Positions 29,633 through 38,840 of a stretch of 57,454 nucleotides of DNA are shown piece by piece. The stretch is from Deltaproteobacteria bacterium. Its GTDB lineage: Bacteria; Desulfobacterota; Dissulfuribacteria; Dissulfuribacterales; QOAL01. A program made the translations under genes and the position numbers. The notes under the pieces were generated by a model, which worked only from the letters and a program-made list of their open reading frames with translations, searched no databases and was not told the DNA's origin. Positions within the stretch are counted from its first letter, which is position 1. Each line of letters opens with the position of its first letter. The DNA is taken from assembly GCA_015494395.1 (NCBI GenBank), contig WGBG01000160.1:1-57454 (forward strand), in the 5' to 3' direction.

Positions 29633-31047
29633 GTTGAGATTCTCCTGTGTTCCAGAGATGCTGGGTCTTTGGCACGCTGCCTTTTAACAGTATCCAGGAC
29701 CTTTGATACAATCGCCTCTGCCTGGCCAGTGTACAGTTCAGGTCTGTCAAGGGGCGCAAGGTCTTCTGCATTAAATATTGCTCCGGTCTCATGGTCTGCC
29801 AGCACAATATCCTTAAGTCTGCTCCCTGTTGAAACTGCCTTGTGGGCAAGCTCCTTTACCTTTGCCTGTGCATTGGTCCTGCCCATGGTTTCTGCAAGCC
29901 GAAACATGAGCCATTCACTTACCACCATGTCTGAATGTATGTGTAGATTTTCGTACATTTTCTCCGCGCGTACAGAAAGCCCTGATATGACTGTTTTTAT
30001 GTAATGGCTCAATGTGCCCGAGTAGATGCAGATCTGTGGCATGGCAAGCCATTCAGACCAGAGAGATCGTGGATCACGTTCGTGTTCGTGACACATGCTT
30101 TCCATAACAGTGGCTGAAAGCGCACGGATGTGCATGGATAGCGTAACCGCACGCTGACATATTACAGGGTTTTGCTTGTGTGGCATTGTTGAAGATGCAG
30201 CGCCATCTGGTGGCGGCTCAAAGAGTTCCCCTGTCTCTGTCTTTTGGAGCTGGAAAATTTCATTGGCAATCTTGCCAAGACTCATGGAGCTGATAGTAAG
30301 TGCAGATGCAGTTTCTGCCATACGGTCCCGGGCTGTATGCCATGAGGCGGGATCATGTTCAAGACCAAGCAGGCGCAGGGTTTCTTCAGCCACCTCAAAT
30401 GCCCTGGGGCCAAGGGCTGCCATGGTACCTGCTGCCCCGCCAAGCTGCCCATATTTCATGTTGTCAAATGCTGTCTTTAGCCGCTGGATATTACGCCTTG
30501 TCTCACCTGTCCAGACTGAGACCTTGAGGCCAAAGGTGTAGGGCAGGGCGTATTGTCCGTGGGTACGGCCTATCATGGGAGTGGATGAGTGTTCCCGGGC
30601 TAGTTTTATGCATACTGCCTCAATCTCACGGAGATCATCATAAATTATTGAGATGGCCTTTCTGATGCCGATCACAAGTGCGGTGTCCAGCACATCCTGG
30701 GTGGTGGCCCCGTGATGAACATACTGACCACTATCTCCGCACGCCTTTCTCAGGGCTGCAAGTACCGGTATAACTGAATTGCGGCTTTTTTTGTACCCTT
30801 GGCGTACAGTATCAAGGTCTATGCTGGATATATCAGCGTTTCGGTAAATGGTATCCGCTGCCTCTTTTGGGATTATTCCAAGCCTTCCCTGTGCTTGAGC
30901 CAGTGCAGATTCAAAATCAAGCCACCTCTGCATGATATTTTTTTCTTCAAAAATGTCACGCAGTTGTGGTGTGCTGAAAACGTCAGGGTTTATGTCAAAA
31001 TCTATTGGGTGAGATGGCATGGGATTAAAAATTATTTCATGCTCCAA
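29629..31047 (-). CDS. Adenylosuccinate lyase / PcaB-like fumarate-lyase superfamily enzyme (copy 1)
   Basis: YVHHGATTQD, GRTHGQYA, SSTMPHKQNP, EHERD. Confidence 0.9.
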   Translation of the reverse strand: MEHEIIFNPMPSHPIDFDINPDVFSTPQLRDIFEEKNIMQRWLDFESALAQAQGRLGIIPKEAADTIYRNADISSIDLDTVRQGYKKSRNSVIPVLAALRKACGDSGQYVHHGATTQDVLDTALVIGIRKAISIIYDDLREIEAVCIKLAREHSSTPMIGRTHGQYALPYTFGLKVSVWTGETRRNIQRLKTAFDNMKYGQLGGAAGTMAALGPRAFEVAEETLRLLGLEHDPASWHTARDRMAETASALTISSMSLGKIANEIFQLQKTETGELFEPPPDGAASSTMPHKQNPVICQRAVTLSMHIRALSATVMESMCHEHERDPRSLWSEWLAMPQICIYSGTLSHYIKTVISGLSVRAEKMYENLHIHSDMVVSEWLMFRLAETMGRTNAQAKVKELAHKAVSTGSRLKDIVLADHETGAIFNAEDLAPLDRPELYTGQAEAIVSKVLDTVKRQRAKDPASLEHRRIST

Positions 31048-32224
31048 GTGGGCCGTAGGGTTTTTCTCCTGGCATCAGTGGCGCCTCGGCACAAAGTTGA
31101 AGCGCTGCCTTCCTGGGACTGATTCCTGTACTTTTGCTGCGTTTGCAAACCCTGTAAACCATGTCCCGCATATGTTCGTCCACAAAATTAAGAACCTCCT
31201 GTTCAGTTGGGACCTTTGCCGGCCCGAATAGCCCTGCCATTGAAAGCGAGCCGCCGCAGCCTGCCACCATGTCCGGGACAAGAAGAATTCCGCGCTGGTG
31301 AAGTATCTCTTCTGCCTCAGGTGTAACAGCAAGATTTGCCCCGCACACCACAGCCCTTGCCCGCATGGTACGGGCCTCCTTTTCCGTGACGGTTCCCTCC
31401 ATGGCTGCAGGTATAAAAACATCACATTCAATTTCGTGGATCTTGCTGTTTTCAGCCAGCACGCCCCCGTAATCATCTACAAGTGAAATGAGTCCATGGC
31501 GGGAATACTTGAACAGTTTTTCCACATCAAGAGGGCTGTTTTCATATGTTTTGATCATCTTTTCCCTGTCGGAAACAGCAATGATCTTTATTCCCGCCCG
31601 GTTAAGGCACCAGATTGCACCGCTTGCAAGCCCTCCAAATCCCTGCACGGTTACAGTGGCTTTGCGGCACGGAATCCCCATGAAGTCCAGAGTGCCAAGA
31701 ACTGCGTAGCCAAGCCCTGCCCCAGCCCTGAAACTTGCAAGGGTGTTAAGGCCAGCGGGCCTTGAGAGGACTTTAAGCCGTTTTGCAAACTCCCTGTCTG
31801 AAAATCCCTGGGCCCTGGCAACTGCAATCTTTATTGAGGGAAGGCCGAACCGAGCAGCAATGGCATTCAGTTCTGCCATGGTGGTGTTCATGTCAGGGCC
31901 TACGGAATATCTTTCCAGCATGTAGGGGACAATGGCCCTGAAAAATCTCTCAAGTGCCTGATCCTTTCCCGGTGAGAGGGGATCATAGTCAATGCCGCTT
32001 TTTGCTCCGTCTGCACGTATCCCTGCTATGCGCATCTTGAGGGTCATATTGCGGGCAAGCCGGGTAATACTTTCTCTGGTCAGGCCCTTCTGCACCCTGA
32101 GTCCGCCTGCGCACAGCCGGTGGGTAAGAGAGTCTATCACCAGCCATCCCCTGAATCCTTCCACATGGTCAACATATTCCACTACAAGTTCAGGGGGAAC
32201 ATCATAGGCGCTGTGTCCTGACAT
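31037..32224 (-). CDS. Glu/Leu/Phe/Val dehydrogenase family protein
   Basis: GGLR, MTLK, GAKSGI, GPDMNT, VQGFG, DVFIPAA, GAN, PD. Confidence 0.88.
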   Translation of the reverse strand: MSGHSAYDVPPELVVEYVDHVEGFRGWLVIDSLTHRLCAGGLRVQKGLTRESITRLARNMTLKMRIAGIRADGAKSGIDYDPLSPGKDQALERFFRAIVPYMLERYSVGPDMNTTMAELNAIAARFGLPSIKIAVARAQGFSDREFAKRLKVLSRPAGLNTLASFRAGAGLGYAVLGTLDFMGIPCRKATVTVQGFGGLASGAIWCLNRAGIKIIAVSDREKMIKTYENSPLDVEKLFKYSRHGLISLVDDYGGVLAENSKIHEIECDVFIPAAMEGTVTEKEARTMRARAVVCGANLAVTPEAEEILHQRGILLVPDMVAGCGGSLSMAGLFGPAKVPTEQEVLNFVDEHMRDMVYRVCKRSKSTGISPRKAALQLCAEAPLMPGEKPYGPLGA

Positions 32225-32784
32225 CAGGAGCCGGCCTCTAGGATTATGGGCACTTCCCTTTGGGGATCACCCTCCATAAATGCTCGTATCATTGGCCTTG
32301 ATTCATCAACCAGGGAGATAATAAACATGAAGAGACCGGAGTCCCGGGCCAGGACTGTGTCCAGACGGGTAGGTTTGTCTCTTACAGGGTCATGCTCCCA
32401 GGGGACTATATGCATGTGATAGGTTCCCAAAACGGTCAGACCCTGCCGGTCACAAAGTTCATAGCTTGCCATGAGCTCTTCCGGGTCAGTAATCCAGCCA
32501 CGCTGTTCAAGGGGGGTGGTTGATGGCGTGGCATAACGGCCCATGACATCATCCATGTAGCTTTTGAGAGGCTCTACTGTCCTGGCATTTATCTTGAAGA
32601 TTATCACCTTGCGTACAATGGCAAGGTCATGGTGAATATCACCGGCAAGCATGCCATATGCACGTCGTACAGGGGTTTCCCCTTCAATGAAATCGCCTGC
32701 CAGCTTACGTCTGCAGTGGCTTTTGATTTCATCCCATAATGCTGCTGAAAGATTTATGGATTTAACCTGCGAGAGTTGCGCCAT
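32224..32784 (-). CDS. JAB/MPN (Mov34)-like metalloprotein, atypical
   Basis: YGMLAG, INAR, DPEEL, GTYHMH...PTRLD, FIISL, IRAF; adjacent to the Ubl gene. Confidence 0.75.
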   Translation of the reverse strand: MAQLSQVKSINLSAALWDEIKSHCRRKLAGDFIEGETPVRRAYGMLAGDIHHDLAIVRKVIIFKINARTVEPLKSYMDDVMGRYATPSTTPLEQRGWITDPEELMASYELCDRQGLTVLGTYHMHIVPWEHDPVRDKPTRLDTVLARDSGLFMFIISLVDESRPMIRAFMEGDPQREVPIILEAGS

Positions 32785-32818
32785 GTTTCAAATAGTCAGT
32801 TTCTAATGCCAACAAATG

Positions 32819-33082
32819 TTACCCCCCTGCAATGGGTATTATAAGGGTAACTTCGTCCTGTTCTGCCAGACTTACAGAGCCCCATGCCACCGGCTTTTCT
32901 CTTAACATACTGCCGTTTATGAAAACCGATATAAGTGCAGGTCTGTCAAAAAGCGTTTTCAGCCCGGGATGTGAGGCGACCAGCTCCTTCATGGCATCTT
33001 CAAGGTTGCTTCTTTCCACCTGAACTTCCCGTTTGCCCCCTGTATGTTTTCTCAGTGGAGAGGGTATTATTATTTGAGCCAT
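32819..33082 (-). CDS. Ubiquitin-like sulfur carrier (MoaD/ThiS/CysO-like)
   Basis: IPSPLRKHTGG, VFING, DEVTLIIPIAGG-stop. Confidence 0.9.
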   Translation of the reverse strand: MAQIIIPSPLRKHTGGKREVQVERSNLEDAMKELVASHPGLKTLFDRPALISVFINGSMLREKPVAWGSVSLAEQDEVTLIIPIAGG

Positions 33083-33121
33083 AGTTAAACCTGGGTAAGA
33101 ATGCGTACTTTGATAATGATT

Positions 33122-33985
33122 TTACTGGACAGAAGATGCTGCTTTTGCCAATGCTTCCGGGAGGAATTTAATGATGCTGTCAATCTGTGTTGCAGGGGTG
33201 GGGTTTGAAAGTTCTCCTGCCAGCCTGTTTGCCCTGCCGGCTATAAGGCATGCCTCAATATGGTTTTTACCGGCAAAAACCATTCCGCTTATCATGCCGG
33301 TTATCAGATCACCTGTGCCGCCTATCGGTTCCATGGTTTCAACACTGGGAGAGTCAATGGTATGCACTATTTTCCCGTTGTGGCAGACATAATCTGTTTT
33401 CCCCTTTACAAACATTGTAGGTGGGGCATTACCTGCTTCGTATGCCCTGCGTATAAGCTCTGGTGTATCACTTTCCATGTGAAATATAAAACCCCTGGTA
33501 AATGAAGGGTGATCGGCCTTTTCATCCGCCAGAAACGCCACTTCACCAAGGTCAGGGGTGAAGATATCGTAAAATTCCGCATGTCCTCCGGCCTTGGCAA
33601 CATACATGGAACCGGCATCTGCTATAAGTACCGGTTTGTTTTTCATGTTTTTTACGGTTTCAACCACCTTGTTGTTGAGTTTTATGTCCGGCATGACATA
33701 ATGAAGAGTCATAACATCCACTCCCATTTCAGGAAGATGCTTTGCAAGATGGTTATAGATTGCCTCGCTGCCCTGACGGGTTCCGATATCTCCTGCCACC
33801 ATGCCCACAGGTCTTTCAACACCAAAATGATCGCAGGCAATGCATGCGGCTGTCATCATTGCCTCATTGCCCCTGTTTATTGGCAGGGGATGACCGTCAA
33901 CGGTTATTCCATCTGGTGAATAGTCAACAGGGCCAATGGTTAGCGGCATTTTGTCTATGGGTACTGAACCCGCAAGTAAAAGCAT
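33122..33985 (-). CDS. Ribokinase-fold / YjeF C-terminal-like protein
   Basis: GDIG..GS, LIADAG.MY, FTPDLGE.AFLADE.A.HP, VKG.TD, GGTGD anion-hole motif. Confidence 0.8.
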   Translation of the reverse strand: MLLLAGSVPIDKMPLTIGPVDYSPDGITVDGHPLPINRGNEAMMTAACIACDHFGVERPVGMVAGDIGTRQGSEAIYNHLAKHLPEMGVDVMTLHYVMPDIKLNNKVVETVKNMKNKPVLIADAGSMYVAKAGGHAEFYDIFTPDLGEVAFLADEKADHPSFTRGFIFHMESDTPELIRRAYEAGNAPPTMFVKGKTDYVCHNGKIVHTIDSPSVETMEPIGGTGDLITGMISGMVFAGKNHIEACLIAGRANRLAGELSNPTPATQIDSIIKFLPEALAKAASSVQ

Positions 33986-33991
33986 TATGAG

Positions 33992-34546
33992 TTATACCCC
34001 TACAGCCTTTATAATTTCTTCTCTGGCAGTATTCAGCGAGTAAGCACATAGTGAGAAACCGACTTCACCGGGATCAGGGGCCTCTGCCAGGGTTTTGCCA
34101 AGCATGGAGGTGGCCAGGTAGGGCACATCCGGACATCCACCGCCTGATATATTAACAATTTTGCCCGTGCTCTTTTCAACTGTCATCTTCATGTTGGCTG
34201 CCCGTACCATAAGATAGTCCCCGAAATCTTTCTCCCTTACGAAGTGCAGGGGTTCCATGCCCTGGGCGGTAATGGGAACAACATCCATTGGTGTCATGTT
34301 TACTGAGTTAAGCAGTGCAGTAATCTCTGCCTCTGCCTCCATTGGAATCTCAACGCTGAGATCACACCCGGTCCTGTAGGACGGTGGAGGGCTCACTACC
34401 CTGATGGAGTATCCCTCATCCCTGAGGAGATCTTCTACTGCAATTACCGTTGTGGGATGAGCAAAGATAAGCAGTCCGCGGGTGACTTCATCAGGTTTTT
34501 GTGTCTTTTTCTGTTCTTTTTCTTTTTTTCGGAACCAACCAAACAT
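33992..34546 (-). CDS. DUF3343-domain protein
   Basis: VIAVE..L...G...RVVSPP...RTGCDL; C-terminal NISGGGCPDVPYL and LCAYSL; start set at MFGWF. Confidence 0.75.
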   Translation of the reverse strand: MFGWFRKKEKEQKKTQKPDEVTRGLLIFAHPTTVIAVEDLLRDEGYSIRVVSPPPSYRTGCDLSVEIPMEAEAEITALLNSVNMTPMDVVPITAQGMEPLHFVREKDFGDYLMVRAANMKMTVEKSTGKIVNISGGGCPDVPYLATSMLGKTLAEAPDPGEVGFSLCAYSLNTAREEIIKAVGV

Positions 34547-34644
34547 TTTTTTAATCCTGTGTAATCTTTTCTGCCCGTGCAGAGCAAAAGCATGTCTGCA
34601 TATTGAAAATTTAGTGAGTTGGCCATTAAAGGATGGCGTACTGA

Positions 34645-35712
34645 TTAGCGGCGGAGGCCTTGAGGCCGCCTGTAATTGAGAGCTATTATCAGGCACATGG
34701 CAAGTCCTGCAAGCACCGCAATTTTACCTCCAAATTCCGGTCCTGCTGACGTGGCACGTAAAGACCACCCTACTGCAATTGCTGCGCCTAATAACATGCC
34801 AAATGATGTAATTGCTGCATCTACATCCCCTTGTCCTGTTTTAATAATCTGTCTGAATGGGCAGCCGTCTATTATTGTAGAGGCCAGTCCCACAAGGACC
34901 ATGGCAAGAAAAGACCAGAAATGGTCAAGATGGGATGCAGGCTGTCCGTGAAGCCCGGGGTGAAACTGTCCGGTTACAAGGCTTACAATAAATGCTGAGA
35001 CAAGGGTGGCGATTACACCCATGAACAGGGTTTTTTCACCCACTAAAAAAAGATTTCTGATACCACCTGTAATGCACAGCCCTGATGCCTGTGCAAATCC
35101 TCCAATGATGAGTCCGGCGGCAATGGCAACTGTCCAGGGTGCATGAAGGGCAGCGGGGCCCTTCTGCCCAAAAACAATAAAAGTCGGTTTAAGGAAGAAG
35201 AACACCAGCAACAGAATTGCGAAGATGGTGAACAAGTAGCCGTTCATTGCAGGGAGATGTCCAGCCCTGTCAAGGGCTACTCCTGCACGAATGTAACGGG
35301 TTCCCAGCCACACACCTGCAACGAGCCCTGCAGTGGCTGCAACTGCAGTGAGGTCACCGGCAGCAAGGCGCAGAATCATCTTTATAGGGCAGCCTATAAA
35401 AACAGCACAGCCAAGAATTATAAAGAGTCCCAGGAAAAAACGAATCACCGGGGATGAACCACCGGTCACCCTGAACCGTTTTGTCTTTTTTGCAACAAGG
35501 AAAGAGCCAAGAACAAAACCTATGAGCTCAGGTCTGATATAGCTCATCCTGACTTCATTATGAAGCTTCATGGCTCCTGCAAGATTTTCCAGGAAACATG
35601 ACAGACATATGCCGGAATTTACAGGATTTCCCAGGTAGGATAGAAGAACGCTTCCCCCGCCTAACAGAAGCCCTGTGATAATGGCTATGTCAAATATTTT
35701 TTTAAGGCTCAC
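34645..35712 (-). CDS. yedE: YedE/YeeE family sulfur/selenium-compound transporter
   Basis: GNP.NSGICLSCF, YIRPE, FIGCP, GLCITGG, DGCPFRQ; about 10 TM segments. Confidence 0.88.
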   Translation of the reverse strand: MSLKKIFDIAIITGLLLGGGSVLLSYLGNPVNSGICLSCFLENLAGAMKLHNEVRMSYIRPELIGFVLGSFLVAKKTKRFRVTGGSSPVIRFFLGLFIILGCAVFIGCPIKMILRLAAGDLTAVAATAGLVAGVWLGTRYIRAGVALDRAGHLPAMNGYLFTIFAILLLVFFFLKPTFIVFGQKGPAALHAPWTVAIAAGLIIGGFAQASGLCITGGIRNLFLVGEKTLFMGVIATLVSAFIVSLVTGQFHPGLHGQPASHLDHFWSFLAMVLVGLASTIIDGCPFRQIIKTGQGDVDAAITSFGMLLGAAIAVGWSLRATSAGPEFGGKIAVLAGLAMCLIIALNYRRPQGLRR

Positions 35713-36249
35713 TTACTCACATCCTCCGGCAATTCGCCTTTGAAGGTAGTATATGTCATTTACTGCGGCTCTTATTTTAGGGTCCCCCGGCTTAAGTTTC
35801 CGTTCCCTGTTTATTTTTCCCCGGGATTTTGTGATAACGTCCATGATTTCCGTGCCTATGAAAAGCGGGGTGGTCTTGTCCACATAATCAGGATCAAGTT
35901 CCACAGCCTTTCTGTATGCATGAAGCGCATTGGTAAGGCTTCCCTGGGCGTATTCCAGCCGGGCAAGAAGCACATAACCATACGCATTATCACCATGTTT
36001 TGCCATAAGTGTCTTTAGCCTGTTCATGGCGGCGTCGTACTTGCCGGATTCTTTCAGGGCAATAATCTTGGCAAAGATACGGGCATTTTTTCTTTGAAGC
36101 TCAGCATAGTGCTGTTGAAGCTTCATGGCAGGATCAGTGGTATGTGCTGCTGAGCTTTTTGCATGAAGTTCATGGTCAATCAGCATCCAGCCAGTGGCAC
36201 CAATGACCACAACCAGTGCTGTCAGTACTATTCGTTGAAACCAGTCCAT
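35713..36249 (-). CDS. Membrane-anchored TPR protein with C-terminal GGCE
   Basis: N-terminal TM, TPR-like A...YRKAVELDPDY, ends YYLQRRIAGGCE. Confidence 0.75.
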   Translation of the reverse strand: MDWFQRIVLTALVVVIGATGWMLIDHELHAKSSAAHTTDPAMKLQQHYAELQRKNARIFAKIIALKESGKYDAAMNRLKTLMAKHGDNAYGYVLLARLEYAQGSLTNALHAYRKAVELDPDYVDKTTPLFIGTEIMDVITKSRGKINRERKLKPGDPKIRAAVNDIYYLQRRIAGGCE

Positions 36250-36259
36250 ACAGGAGTTC

Positions 36260-37255
36260 CTAAATCAGCCCGGCACCTTGAACAGGGCCGGAGGCCGCAT
36301 TGTCAAAGTAGAGGGTTCCAAGTTCCTGATCCCGATGTCTGTCCCTTATCATGCCGCTGATAGCCTTGGGGGTTGTGGTTCCCCACCAGTTATACTCTGC
36401 ATTGATTGATTCTGTCTGCCCTTCAAGCAGGGAGATATTGTAATCAAGGTTGTCCGAGATGTTATTCTCTCTGATTATAATATCCTTTACAGCGTACAGG
36501 ATAATGCCCTTGCCATTCCGGGTGATGTTGTTGTACCGGATAGACGCCTTGCCACTCTTTTTGGCATAGATACCAAAGAACTTGTTGTTGCTGATTTCGT
36601 TATGAAAAATTACAGGGCTGGTGCCACCGCCAAACAGGATCCCTCCTCCGTTTTCCGTGATGGTGTTATAAAGCATGGGAACTGATGATTTTATCTTCAG
36701 TGTCTTTACATTTTTCTGGCCAATGGCCACACCGTTATGGTGGAATGTGCAATGGCTGATAACCACCTGGGCAGAGTGGCAATGGACTGAAGTGTGTCCA
36801 TAGCTCAGTTCGCAAAACTCCATGACGTTGTTTCTGCTCCCGATGAAATTAACTGCCCCCCAGTCGGCTACAGACGGGTTATGCTCGGCGCTGGTGAATA
36901 CGATTGGTTTTTCAGGCAACCCCTGGGCTATGAGCCTTCCCCGTATAACAAGCTCTGCCCTGGGGAAGTGGTCGTTTTTGTCCTTGCTGAGTTTTTCGTT
37001 CCCGAACTCAGCAATTTTTGCAAAAGATATCTTGGAGCCGGGCATAATGATAAGTGTTGCCCCTGGCTCCACCCGTACATCACCTTTAAGCAGCAAGTCG
37101 CCCTGCCAGACTGTGTCTTTTTTAATGACAGAGAGTGCTGGAATTTCGGTTACTGCCAGGCAAACGGAGGTTGTAAGGGCGATTAATGTTGCAATGCTTA
37201 AACTAGTGAAAAGTGCTAGCGGGTAAAAGCGGGATAAGAGTTTTTTGTATATCAT
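36260..37255 (-). CDS. Secreted right-handed parallel beta-helix protein
   Basis: Signal peptide; DTVWQG, GATLIIMPG, PIVFTS, DWG, Asn-ladder repeats, NWWG. Confidence 0.82.
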   Translation of the reverse strand: MIYKKLLSRFYPLALFTSLSIATLIALTTSVCLAVTEIPALSVIKKDTVWQGDLLLKGDVRVEPGATLIIMPGSKISFAKIAEFGNEKLSKDKNDHFPRAELVIRGRLIAQGLPEKPIVFTSAEHNPSVADWGAVNFIGSRNNVMEFCELSYGHTSVHCHSAQVVISHCTFHHNGVAIGQKNVKTLKIKSSVPMLYNTITENGGGILFGGGTSPVIFHNEISNNKFFGIYAKKSGKASIRYNNITRNGKGIILYAVKDIIIRENNISDNLDYNISLLEGQTESINAEYNWWGTTTPKAISGMIRDRHRDQELGTLYFDNAASGPVQGAGLI

Positions 37256-37276
37256 AATGAGATCTCTTGGCGTGTC

Positions 37277-37783
37277 TTATTTGGAATCTGCTTTTTTACC
37301 TGACAGAAATGCAATTTCCTTTTCAATGCGTTTTGCATCCTCAGGAGATTTGGCAAGGGCCTTTGCACGGGTAAGTTCCGCTTTTGCCTTATCTTGCTGG
37401 TTAAGCTGGGATAAAGCCTGATATTTGTGTACGTGTACCATCATGTCATCCGGATTGATTGTGGCAGCACGATCAAAATATTCAAGAGCCTCTTTATATT
37501 TGCCCTGTCTGAACCTGATAAGCCCCATTTCATCAAGTGCATCAAAGTTGTTTTTATCCTTATCAAGCACTTGCTGAATGTTTGTCTCAGCTTCATCCAG
37601 TTTTCCAGTGGCAATATATGCAAGGGCAATTTTGTTTCTGGTGCCCATGTCGTCAGGGTTCATGTACAACTGCATTTTGTACTGAAGTATCTGGACCGAC
37701 GGGGGGAGTTTTGAAATATCTCCGTGCCCCAGTGCAACTGAGGGTGTGACAAACAGTAACATTATAAGTACAAAGGTGCGCAT
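37277..37783 (-). CDS. Secreted TPR protein
   Basis: Signal peptide (ALG-HGD), three TPR-like repeats. Confidence 0.8.
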   Translation of the reverse strand: MRTFVLIMLLFVTPSVALGHGDISKLPPSVQILQYKMQLYMNPDDMGTRNKIALAYIATGKLDEAETNIQQVLDKDKNNFDALDEMGLIRFRQGKYKEALEYFDRAATINPDDMMVHVHKYQALSQLNQQDKAKAELTRAKALAKSPEDAKRIEKEIAFLSGKKADSK

Positions 37784-37816
37784 TGGTTCTCTCTCTTTTG
37801 GAATTCAGAAGATGAT

Positions 37817-38743
37817 TCAGTTTTTCCTGTAAGGAGCCATGTTGCAGAGTTTGAGCTTTTCCCTGATGATGTCATACTCGCTGTCCTCAGCCTTGACGAA
37901 ACCTTCGGTAAGCATGCGTTTAAGGACATTAAGCACTTCACCCTCAACCAGGACTGTCTCGTCTTTTTTCAGGTTGAGCAGAATATCCAGGACCTGCCTT
38001 TGGACATCTTCAGGTACATGCGGCAGGGCGCCGATGGTGCAGTATGGCATGGGGACACTTTCTGCAATGATGTTAAAGTCGTTTTTGGTGATTCTGTGGT
38101 CATTTATCATGAGGTCATAATCAATTCGCGGTGCAGCTCCCACATCATACTTTCCAAAGTAAACGCCGTATATAACCTTTTCATGTTTGGCTGCCCCTGG
38201 AGGAATTGCATAAAAGGAGAGGTCTGTTTCAGGATCAAAGCCTGCTTCAAGCATCATGGCGTACTGTGCCATGTATCCAAACGGGGCAAGCGCCGGACCA
38301 AATATCATGCTCTTGCCCTTCATGTCCTGGATGGTCTTTATGCCGCTGCCTTTTCTTGAAATTATGGTGCCTGTGGATTTATGGCCGTTACGTCCCCTTT
38401 TGTCCACGGCAAGGAGCTTCAGGTTAAATCTTTCCTGCAGGATCAGGGCTACTATTGAATTTACATGCACAAGGTCAACCTTTTTGTCTCTGGCAAGGTC
38501 TTCAAATTCAAAAGTATTTGCAAGGACCATCTCCACGGGGCGTCCCAGTTTTTCACTCAGGTAGGCTGTAAGCGGTGCAAATCTTGCCTTTGAGAGCTCC
38601 CTGCTGTCACATATCATGTAACCAATGCGCAGAGGTGGCTGACTTGAAATGTTGGCAGAGTCATTTCCTTGTTCATTGCAGCCAGCAAGGCTGAAAACAA
38701 TGGAAGTGCAGAGCATTATGGAAAAAAGCTTCAAAAAATTCAT
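37817..38743 (-). CDS. PhnD/phosphonate-type periplasmic binding lipoprotein
   Basis: Lipobox LAGC; F.PLTAYLSEKLGRPV, SGIKTIQDMKGK, HEKVIYGV. Confidence 0.85.
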   Translation of the reverse strand: MNFLKLFSIMLCTSIVFSLAGCNEQGNDSANISSQPPLRIGYMICDSRELSKARFAPLTAYLSEKLGRPVEMVLANTFEFEDLARDKKVDLVHVNSIVALILQERFNLKLLAVDKRGRNGHKSTGTIISRKGSGIKTIQDMKGKSMIFGPALAPFGYMAQYAMMLEAGFDPETDLSFYAIPPGAAKHEKVIYGVYFGKYDVGAAPRIDYDLMINDHRITKNDFNIIAESVPMPYCTIGALPHVPEDVQRQVLDILLNLKKDETVLVEGEVLNVLKRMLTEGFVKAEDSEYDIIREKLKLCNMAPYRKN

Positions 38744-38840
38744 CGTGGACCCTCTGGAAATTTTCAGGTAGTCAAGATAGTGCTTCAGGGTTGTGGTTGC
38801 TGTTATTGTACCTTAATCGTATATGAGCAGGCGGGTATTC

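Noticed and set aside
28172-31047. Calling the two lyases purB
   Set aside because: The tandem divergent pair, PcaB-like motifs and non-purine context argue against housekeeping PurB
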